Source of the DNA: Oopsacas minuta
Taxonomy: Eukaryota > Animalia > Porifera
Reading direction: 5' to 3'
Assembly: GCA_024704765.1 (NCBI GenBank)
Contig: JAKMXF010000222.1
Span: 496,001-560,000, forward strand
DNA: 64,000 nucleotides
The stretch's first letter is position 1. Each line of letters begins with the position of its first letter. The notes under the pieces were generated by a model, which was not told the origin of the DNA, ran no database searches, and saw only the letters and a list, made by a program, of their open reading frames with translations. A program made the translations under genes and the position numbers. Shown here piece after piece: positions 27,001 to 39,000 of this stretch.

Positions 27001-30000
27001 GAAATCCCGAAATCCCGGGATTATAAAAAGAGTCCAGGATTAAAAACCCTAATCATGTTGTCTGTCTGTGTAAGTCTGTTCTATGTAAAGTAGAACTTCC
27101 CAAAATGGGTGAGGTGTCTGGGAATCATTTACAAAACTCTGTATCCAACTTTGGGAAACTCCAATTTAGACATTGGAATTCACGACTATTTTAGTTCACT
27201 TTTAATGAGATATTGTCCAAGAGATCTTATATAGAAGTATTTGTTATCCAGTACATGGTAATGAATTCCCATGAGTTAGAGGATGTATGTTCTTCCTGAT
27301 AGTAATACACGATGAATACTTTTATTATCAAACGTAAATATCTACAAAGCAATGCCGTATTATATTGTATACTTGTATATCATCCCTACTAGGACTATTC
27401 TCATTTTATATGATTAATATTTGTAGATGAACATTTCTAAACAATTTTAACTAGAAACAAATGTAAAATACTACGCTTATTAAATGCCGTCTCCAGCTCC
27501 ATTATCCTAGAGATCATGGATGAGAAATTAGTATTTTACTTAACATGACATACAGTTAGCCAATACATATCTAATTAATATTGATTAATCGCAAACTCTT
27601 TGATTTAGCCTCGTACAGCTGTCTCACCTTCTGTCACTAAACTGAGTGTATTGGACAGACTAAATGAGCGCGGAATCATTTTGAGTGTTGTAACAGAGGC
27701 GCATGAAATCTATCATTCTGCTGGCGGCAGTATTAGCTACACATATGCTGCAATAAAGATTTCTAACACATTTATTGGATTTGCTGATGGGAATTATTAT
27801 ACTGATATAATAGACGCAATTTCTCCTGTATTTCTTAACACACTAGATTCTAATGCAGAAGAGAATTATGTAGATCTAGCTTGGGAGACTGGTGGCATTG
27901 CTTTCGATTTACATTTCTTTGATAATTCTTTATATGACACACGTTCCAGTGCTGTCTTCAACAAATTGATGTTTAGTTGGGGCGGTAGAGCAAACTCATC
28001 CAGTTCAACTACTTATGGTTAGTATCATTGTAATACTGTAATATTGCTACTAAACAGGCTAGATTCTGATTATCATTGTAATCGATTACATTCCTTGTGA
28101 TCAACCGCTGGGCTAAAATTTGTATTTCTATCTGTGAGTGTCCATCTGTCTTTTTATATTATTAGTACAGTTAAGCCTCCTGAAGTGGGGATGTTAGGTC
28201 CTCAAGATATAGTCCCCCGCTTCTCCGCTTTTAGAGGTTCATTGCATGCAAATTGACGAAGTTAAGGTCCATAATAACCCCCGATTTAAGTAATTCCCCT
28301 CTTCGGGAGGTTCCACTATATTATATTATATATCGATACGAGCCTTTGGCTCGTCGCTTCGCGAAGAACTCGGCACATTGCGCCTCGAAGGTTTCAACGG
28401 ACAAACAAATAGATAAACAACAATTGAGATTTAATAATATTGATGTTGTTTACAATATTCAGACTCAGCATACTCAATTTTGAAATTTGGATAGCTTGTT
28501 TACTTTATATTCATAAAAACAACAATAAATTTACATATGATTAACCCAAGAGTGTGAAAATCGGGTTCAGTATGTTCAATATATTTAGTGAAGTTTTATT
28601 GAATTCTATTTACTTCCTTGATAAACTCTATAAATATATTACAATTTCAAAATTGCATATTGTAAATCTTTTCCTTGACAACAGACAGACAGACAGACAA
28701 TCATTGAGATTGAGCTTTAATAATATAGATTTCTTTTGTGAAATGTTTTGGTTGAGACTTTAGAGATATTGAATGATGATAATTGCATAGATATTATTGA
28801 TTACTATCGATGATCATATTCCTTGTTTTCTTGAGGGAAGTAATCATTAATTTGCAACACAATATCTTGTAATGTCCAATTCAACATATTTAGCCCTTAG
28901 ATCAAACTAGTCAATTCCGTTCTATCTGCTATTGGCCTGAATTTAGGTTGCTAAATCATAAATCCCCCAGGCTACCTCAACCTATATTCATAAGACTAAT
29001 ATTGTACACACGATAGCCACAGAGGTATATTGAGCCAATTTTGTCAAGAAGTTAGTTTATTCAAAACGAAATTCAAAGTTTGTAATCTAAATTTTTCTAG
29101 ATGCTATTGTAGGATTTGTTATTGTTTCCCCATTTGACTTTGTATTTACAAAACTCGTATTTTTTTCCTTTAGCACCTGTCCTTGTATCAGCAATCAACT
29201 CAACATTAATTTCCTCACATACCGGAGATCTTATTTTCAGTTTTATTTGTATCTCTACTTCTACTTCAGATAGCAATGTTAGTCTGTTGGTAGACGGGGA
29301 TTGGTATACGAATCTGAATTCTGGCAACATTGAACAATCAGTTGTATTTGAGTATCCTTTCCCTCATCCTGGCTCTTATGATTTTCTTTGTGTTGCAAAT
29401 AACTCTATAGGAGGAGATCAGACTTTGGGAGTATACACTGTTCCAGGTTTGTTTTCATGTTACTTGGATATTTGTAAAAAAACCCACTAAAATACGAAAT
29501 GTTCGCAATGCGATATGTATATATGTACTGGTAACCCTTAAATTTGAAAATTCATTGGATATCACTCAAGCTATTATTTGTGTAATTTTCTAACTTTCGA
29601 TATTTTTTGATGATCTTTGCATTATTTGAATAATGTGTATATAGATGCACTCCGTATTTACCCTCAGTATTCTCAATTCACGTACATACCTGACAGTCAT
29701 ATAGAATGTGGAACTACATCTCTACAAGAGAGTCAGTGTGTTGATTTGGTTGTTGTTATTGATATCAATGCTTATACCGATGCAACAATTGATAGAATCA
29801 TTTCTTTTACTGCATCTCTTCCAGCAAATTCAACTACTTGCCTCAACAGGTAACCTGGATCTTTAATTATTTGCAGAATTTACTACGTCTTTTCCAATAT
29901 TTTTTCAATGCGGTTAGTACAAGAATAGAATACAGTTTTGGAGGAAAGTACTAACCAACAGTGATTCGTCTAGCCACCCCCTCAGAGAGGTGTTAGTCCC

Positions 30001-33000
30001 TCCTGAATAATGAATCTGAATTAACCAACTCTTAGAATATTTCTTAACCCGCTTAGGGGGTTATCTACAGTATAAGCATCCCTGCTAACCGAAAGTAATA
30101 TGTTTTAAGTCGAGTACTACTCAGCGCTCGGCGCGCCAATAATTGCCATTTCTGTTAATACAGATGGTGGGATAAGATGAATGTCGCACCAATAATTTTT
30201 TGCTTCCTAAGTCCCTAACTGTATAAACTGTAGTGCCATATGCAAGGGGGTTTCGACACCTACTTAATGTCCAATTAATAATTTCTGCATAACGTTGGTA
30301 ATTCCTATACAATTAATTGTCCTAGAGAATACTGAAATCTCCATGAGGCATTCATTATCAATATCTGTTTCCATATACACTTGTTATGAATTACTGAGAA
30401 TTTGTAAATATAATCACAACTAAATACAACAGGTATGGATTGACTCTGTATGGGACATCAACTCTATCTCAGATAATCTCACTGACTAACTCTCCCACAC
30501 AATCCTACTTCAGTACTCCCTCCGATCTAAGCAGTGCTATACAAACACAGAGAAATATTGGTACTAGTTTAGGATCTGGTAGTAGAGATGGCTATGAAGC
30601 AATAGATAAAATTGTGAAGCTATATTCATTCAGATCTGATGTTCAGAAGAAGATCATCTTCTTCTCCAATGAGGTAGGGTAGTGATCATGTGATTTGAAT
30701 TTTCGTGTTTGAGAACCCGAACTTGCCATATGCTGGTTGATATATATCTATATTATTAAATCTCAATGATTGTTTGTTTGTTTGTCTGTTTGTTTGTCCG
30801 TCGTCAAGGACAGGATTTACGGTATCCAATTTAGAGATTGTCGCATAAGTATGTATTTATCGTGTTTATCTAGGAAAGAAATAGAATTCAATAAAACTTC
30901 ACAAGATAAATCGAACATGCTGAATCCGATTTTCACACTTTTGGATTAATCATATGTAATTTTATTGTTGTTTTTATGAATATCGTGTAAACAAATAATC
31001 CAAATCTCAAATATAGCCCCATTATCCTCTTGTGTTGCTGACTTGCGTTACGAAATGTTGAATTTGATTGAAACTATTCATTGCTAATCTTCGAAAAATG
31101 TCGTTTCTTACTTTCCTACCCTTCATTCTTTCTAATTATAAATCTTCACTCTCTTAAAGGTCAGAGAAGTCGCTCCAACATTCAGTAATCTTACCTTTCA
31201 GAGCACAATACAAACTCTGTTAGCAAACAGGATAACACTAAGCACTGTATCAAATGCAGACAACTTCTATTACTTCTATAACAACACAGATAATAGACTT
31301 ATTGGAATGTATTACAATACACGAACAGGAATTGGGAATTTTTCTTCATCTTGTGATCCCACACTAGACAATATAGTTTCCATTCCAAGTGTAGAGTATT
31401 CAATAACCAGAGAGGGAGAGCATAAGGATTATGTTGAGTTAGCTTGGAGAACTGATGGTACTGCTTTCGATCTGAGCTATTTTGAACAATCAAGTGGTTA
31501 TTGTTCAGAACTAGTTGATGCTATCATCCAATATGCAGTAGTACAAAACTTCCCATGCACATTGAATAGTGAGTTATCTTTACTTTTCATATAATTGTTT
31601 TATTCGCACTTAATTATAATATTTTGCTGTCAATTAATTCATATTTTCATTTTCATTTTCATTTTCATTTTCGTGATCAATATAAATGCTTCTGATTGTT
31701 GTTATTATTGTTTGTTCATTACTTTAGTTGTTGACTATGCATTTACTTCTCGTTCTCAATTCCCCGATTACTTTATTTGGGAGAATATTCTGCCTCAGGT
31801 TACGCCAATCTGTTTGGATATGGTGTTCTTATTCGATGTTTCAGTACTCTCTTCGAACTATTTCACAAAACTATTCAATCTAATTAATTATCTCGCAGTC
31901 ACGCCAACCCTTTGTGATCATGTGTAAGTTAGTATTTATTGATTGTATTACTATTTGGAAATGTAGACAAAAATTCAATTATTTTCTAGTTCATACTTCC
32001 TATGAAATATGATTGAAGGAAGTCATTTAAATATTTATGTTTGAACTACGATATATGCTATCTACTTGCAGTAGGAAAATTATGAATATTATTGATAATA
32101 CGCTTAATTCATGTACTGCTAGATCCTCTAGTATTGTTTCGATGCATTTCACTAAACAGAACGAAATATTTTGCATGAGATCAGTGCTATTCGTATTAGT
32201 AAGTGTATATTGTGATAGTTCTCAATTCTGTTGGAAAGTGTATTTCTATTGATTATAGAAATCTTACTTGTTATATGCTAGCATATCGAGTTTAGTATAA
32301 AAATACTGTAATATAGTTAGTTCTGCTATAGAATCAATTTAGTCTTTGATTTATTTATTATATATTTCTAGCTATACTGCCTACTCGTATTCAGATGGCT
32401 ATGATGCTATTGAGTTTATTGTCAATAATCATCCTTTTGAGACAGATTATATCAAATCTATCATAGTTATTACAGAGTTTGTAAGTTATTGAGAATTAAT
32501 TAATAGGAATGTGATTATATTATATTTGTAGAATTTCTTTTGAATCTTAATATACTAATATTTATTTGTGTAGTAATCGCTGAATATTTAATACGTTAGT
32601 GTCACTGTTAGAACGTTGCCAATAATACATTAAAGATTACCTTATCTCTGTTTAGCTTATTCTAGTATCAAATTTGACTTTATTCATATTTTGTCTGATT
32701 AACAACATTCCGCAATTGTACATTTTTCTTGTTTTTAATTGGTATACCCTACCTTGCTGTTCTGAATTAATGAATATACGAATATAATCAGGGCTTCATC
32801 TAGAGTTAGGTAGCCCGAGCACTCTAAGTGTGCATAGATTAAATTTCACGCACCATAATATATATAGCGCAGGCTGCATCCATATAGTGGCCTGCGAATA
32901 TTCCATCTGAAAGATATTCACCTATCATCCTTTTGTATAGGGAAGGAATTCTATATATCCTCAATTCACAAAATCTTCAACTCTTGATTCTCTTCTTTCA

Positions 33001-36000
33001 AATGGAATAATCTTGAGTGTAATTTCGAGTGCTGGTGACTTCTATTACGGTACTTCACCACCTGTCAATATACTAGCTGCTGTCAGAGTCTCTGATACAT
33101 TGATAGGATTCAGGAGCTCTGGAATTAATAATACAATATTAGATGCTATTTCTACAGTTAACTATACTATTACTGATAGCAATATTGATAATGATTATGT
33201 GGATATAGCCTGGCAAACTGGTGGTGTATCCTTTGATATTGATTTGATTACAGAAGATATTTCTCCATTTGCTACACTCATGTTTATATGGGGAAACCCG
33301 GGTGAGTTTTCTTAGAATATCCTGATACTATGTTATTGTTTGAAATTTGGCTCCAGTCCTAATATCTTGGAAAGAACTACATAAATTGAATTATTGTTAG
33401 ATCGAAGTTAGGTTCGGTAGACCTCGGATATGACGTATCACTTCTGGATGATATATTACTTAGCTAGTGTATTTCTTATCCAAATAGGGATTATATAAAT
33501 GAATGGAAGTGAATTTTTGTGATGTAAGTAGTATGTATTGACCGAAGTTAGTCTTATCCGCTTTAGTTCTATTATACTCGTTTCTTAATTCATTAATTAG
33601 TTAATTAACCCGAAGATGCATCTGAGGTATTCGGTAAGATAGAAATCCCACTTTCAGTTTCAATTTCAATTTCAATGAAATTTAATTAACTTTCGATTTC
33701 AAAACTCCCAGGCAATATTCGGATAGTTCATTAATCGGTTAATCCTTCAAATTTGGTTTGAGTGGTTTCAACTTTGATATCTACTAAATAACATTCCCTA
33801 TCTTTCAGCTCCGATTGAGATACTCTCTATGAGTGTGACGTCACAAGGTACCCCCAATGATCCAAGTCCTTATCAGTTTACATGTACAATTAACGACGTA
33901 CCTCATGCTACGCTAACACTGATCATAGATGGAGTTAGTTATGTATCTACTGATACTACTACTATAACACGAGTACTCAGTCTATCAAACTTGATTCCTG
34001 ATATATACGAGTTCTTGTGTATAGCAAGCAATTCTAATGGAGGAGATACTCAGAGGAGTCAGTTCACTATTAAAGGTAAGCAGCTGTATGTATATTAGTG
34101 GCTGTTACTCAATGGCGGATTCAGGTCATAGAGGGTTGATGTGTTCGTAAACTGTCAAATTCTAATTTTCTAATCATTGTCCACCATTTTGCTTACCTTA
34201 TATTTCTAGCCCTGTGCAAATTATATGGTTATTTTTACTTACGCACAGGTAATAATAATGTTTCGCTAAATACAAGTAAAACTTCTGGACATTGGTTTAT
34301 GGTCATGATCGAGTTATGATTTTTTAGTCCTGAGTTCCTGAAATCTTATTTCGAGCATTAAATTTGTTCTGAGGAAAATATTTCTTCAATATGCTTTTCT
34401 TACGTATTTATTTTGGTGTCACTATTTTTGTTTAGGCCTTGCCGAAGGACAATTTATTTGCTCTGGCCATTACCAAATTAGGTCCGGCAGTGGTCTGACC
34501 ATCGCATGGGCTCCTCCCTCCAGTAGATATTATATATTGCATATATCTAATATGTATATTACAAAATTTGGAAATTTCACTCCCATTTTATCACAGGTGT
34601 TCAGAATTCGTTTGGACTATATTGCGCTGCTATTTTCGATTTTGAGTTTGAATCTAAAAATTATTCAAATTATGCAGAATACAATCATTTAATTAGAAAC
34701 TCTTTTTTGCTTTTAGGGCCAATTCCTTCACCGTTCACTCAGTTTGCATTCAAATCAGAATCTGGAGAATCTTGTCATGATTTTGAACCTCTAAACTGTG
34801 TAGATTTGATATTTCTTCTGGATATTAGTGGTCCTATAAACAAATATTTGAATAGAATTGCTGAGTTAGCTGGTAACCTTCCTGAATATTCTCCTGCATG
34901 TGAGAATAGGTATGTACTGCTGAGTAAGATATTATATGATTTTCTGTACAGTAATTACCGCTACTACTTACTATGAAATGAAACCTGAGAGCAATTTTAC
35001 AATTGCTTCAAGATTCTAATTGTATTGTGATTCTTGGCTGATCAGATGATAAATTTGTAATTACCGTATTGTTCTGAATATCTCCGGGGTAGCACTATAC
35101 GAAATTGGAAATAACATTAATTTCTAGACCTGAATAAGCTTTGGGGCGCTTATTCAGGGGAATACAATCTTGATTTAGACATTATACTTATATTCTACAT
35201 TGCTGTATACTCCTGGCTAGCCATTGAAACCAAATCTTGACCATTATTCTGAATTATATTATCTACCAATATTTGTGAAATATGATTGTTAATATTAGAA
35301 ATTTAGAATTGTGTGTGATTTTGGGTATAAAAACTCAACTTGATCTATTTGTTTGTATAAGCAGCATTATTAAGGCTCGTATTTTTATCCACATTTTCAC
35401 TTTAGATACGGGTTGTTGCTGTTTGGAATAATGAATCCTACTGCAATGAATCTGTCTGCTAATTCACTCTACGGCACACCCTCCCAGCTCAAATCTGCCA
35501 TACTAGGCTCTCTCAACATTGCTGACACTTTATCCGTATCTGAAGACGGATACTTTTCTATACACCTGGCTGTTGGATCTTATCCATTCAGAAATGGAGT
35601 GGAGAGGAGACTAGCTCTGTTCGCTAATGAGGTGGGTACATCCTACTCCCTCAAATAAATTTGAAGTTATATAAATAAGAGAGAGCTCCCAAATTAGGGC
35701 GCGGGTACCCAGAATACATGAAAAAATAGCAAATTTAGAGGATATTCCCCTCAAGAATCACTTTAATACTGTCTTGCCCGCTTAAGTATGACATGTCCCT
35801 TACTTCCTACTGTCTCGATTCGATGTTAGACTAAAATAGAACAGTTGTCAAAACTTGTATGCATAAATTTACGACTGTTCATAAAAACAGGCCCAAGTAG
35901 GGCATTATCAACTCATTTTCTAGAATGAACTGGTAGTTACCAAATATGTGAGATAAACGAGTTGACAACACCAATAAATCAGTTGAAATTAGGTTCAGTA

Positions 36001-39000
36001 AATGTAGTAGACCTTCGATATTCTGACAAGGCCATTCTGAAAATTTTCAAATGACCTAATTGTATCCAATTCTACTGCGGACAAATTATTCTACAGTCAA
36101 CTCCAGTTATAGAAAATTTCAGATTTCGGAGTAAAGTTAACGGGATCCGGCCTATGGGACTTCGGAGTCATTAGGTCGAAATTCAGTAAAGCTCTAAACG
36201 GGTACTTTCGGGTAACGGTGATTAATTATGCTAGTGAGAGGATCCTCCAAAAATAAATGGGTCCTCTCCATTTTTGGAGAGACTGCCCACACAAATCCCT
36301 ACAGTATACTACTAGTTTAATAAATGGATGTATTATTGGGATAGCAAGTAAATTTAATTGTATATGACACATTAGTATTATTAAAATAGTCTTCTCTAGT
36401 CTGTTCAACCTTATTCAACATATGAGCACACAATCTCACTTCTGTTCCAGAATGAAATAAAGCTGACTGCATTCACGTACTTCGGAGATATATTCTACTA
36501 TACGGCTTCTACAGAGCTTATCGGAATGAATTTCTTCTCTAATATAGGATTCGGGAATCTATCATCAACTGACACAGATATTAATATTGTACCAAATCCT
36601 TACCTTAAGCTAGATAGTGGAAGCTCTGATGAAAGTTTTGTCAAATTAGCATTCAATACAGATGGCTCTATATTCAATATGAAGTATATGTCCAATGACA
36701 CCACACCTTATTCTCCTGAATTGATTGCAGAACTCTTTGAGTTTGCTGTCATACATGATGTTCCATGCAATTTGGATGGTAAGTGTTGGAATGAGTGAGT
36801 TTTCTGCTTTGAATACTTTGATATTTGCTTCATAATTATGTCTTATGTGTGTATTTTCATTCAAGATTTGAAATTGTCCGAGCTATGCCAAATACTCCTG
36901 TATAATGTATGTCAAAAAGTATATTATTAAGATTATTTACATTCCTGCTATAGATGTTTATTTCAATTTTGAGAATCGTACCCTAACATATTCCTCACCA
37001 TTATACTCTAAATGGATGCACATAACTCCTCAAGTACAGTCAAACTGTGTAGATATGGTATTTCTAGTGGACAGGACTATAACATTCCGACAGTTTATGC
37101 CTGGAGTAATGAGTATAGCTAATAACTTACCAGAGAATGGAAATGGTTGTGTTAATAGGTAGGTTGGGATTTGAATTCAAATTTGTTTTAACCAATATTA
37201 ATGTGACTATATTCATTATTCAAGGAATAGTATTTTGAATTATCACTAAAATGTGTACCTATAATACAAGTATGATTATATCTTAACTTTATGGGCGAAA
37301 TTGAAAATGATCCCAGAAATTAGATTCAAGTCTATCCGTGTGTGAAGAATACCCAGAATTCATATTCTAGTTATTCAGCCGGTGGAACTTATCCACACTC
37401 GAAATAGGATGTAATGACTCAGCTTTAATTTAGTCCTAATGTTAATTAATCTTCTATGTCTAGATATGGTCTAGTAACTTTTGAAACAACTGCGATTATT
37501 ATCAATGTTGGAGTTTCAACTAAATTCGGCACAGCCAATCAGCTGTACAATCAGCTGATTTCTTTCAGTTATAGTGGAGCTACAGAAGATGGATATGTTG
37601 GTATTGATGCAATTGTTAATGAATTTGAATTCAGAGACAGTGATACTATTCAGAAACACATTATACTGTTTGGAGATGAGGTAAGAATGCTTTGTATTTA
37701 TGTATATTCCTCAAGTATTTACTCGTATGATGATACTTGTGTTCTTTAGCCTAGAAGAATCGTCAACTCATCGCTAACTGATACTAGTATACTACAGGCA
37801 TTGGGTGATAACAATATTATACTTACAGTAGCTACTACTGCAGACAATTTCTATCAACTTGATTATACAACTAGGTTGCATGTTGCTGCTCTCATATCTA
37901 ATAGTTATATAGGGTTTGCTTCAAATGGGACTAACCAAGAATATGTAGATGTCTATTCTCCAATTGATTTGTATACTTATTCCAGTAATCAACATGATAG
38001 TTATGTAGCTCTAGCATGGCAGAGTGGAGGACTTGCATTCGACTTGGATTATTTTAGAGATTCTCTCATTAATATGAGGACTGTCGTTACATTATTCAAC
38101 ACACTTATGTTTAGCTGGGGTTCACCAGGTTAGTTGTATTTACCCCCGTTTCCAAATTGTCATTCGCGATATTGGTTTCCCTGCAACCACGTGTCTAGCT
38201 GGGTTTACTCCATCTAATTAGGCATTTGTTTGCAATGGCCTATTGTATTCAGATTAATATGCATGCATATACTTATGTATGTATTTACAACTTATCATAG
38301 TATATCTTTAAGTATAGTTAGCTAAGATAGCCTGAGGATGTTGCATAGAATAAAAGCTGGAATGTCCCACCTTTAATACAATTTTATATGAAATATGATG
38401 GCCAGAAATTTCTGTAGCATTTTCTACACCCTGACTACATCAATGAATTTGTCTTGGGAGGCCTGTCAGACAAACTTATGCAGCCAAAACTGGTTCCATT
38501 TAACAAATTTGGTCTCCTGGACCAGTATTGACAGCTAAAGTTAGAAAAGGTAAAAATTTGGGATTTAGTTACAAAATTGTATGTCCCAGCGTCTTTATAA
38601 GCAATAAAGTTGTCTGAGTAGTTTTAATTAAATTGAAGTGAGAGCTAGCCCATACATGTTGTGTCAGCGTCTTTCTCTGTATTTCCATCATAAGCCAACA
38701 CCAAACTGTAATCAATATTTCAAGTTATTTATTTACATTCACAAACTACCTGTTTCATAACTCCAATATGTGATTATTTGAGTATCACAATTGATTGACA
38801 ATATATTCGACACATAAATATGAATATTATTAAAAATAGTACAACAATCGGATCTAGAGATATTTCTGAAGGCATTTTTAATTTAATCTCCCCTTTAGAT
38901 AATTTACTGACACATATCTTTATATATGGCATTACAGGGCCGTAAGAAGCAAAAAATTATTGGTACGGCGAAGTACATTGTATTGCTGCGGCATTCATCA

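Larger units (their letters stand above)
14035..29446 (+). other. Ectodomain unit 3: vWA-5 + vWA-6 (split by a 9.9-kb intron) + Ig-like 3
   Basis: Exon 15601-15988 (absent from the ORF track) is open and has SYNELGWSTGG; vWA-6 has CVDMIFIVDRSGSM; Ig has FIC...W...GSYDFLCVANN. Confidence 0.8.
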
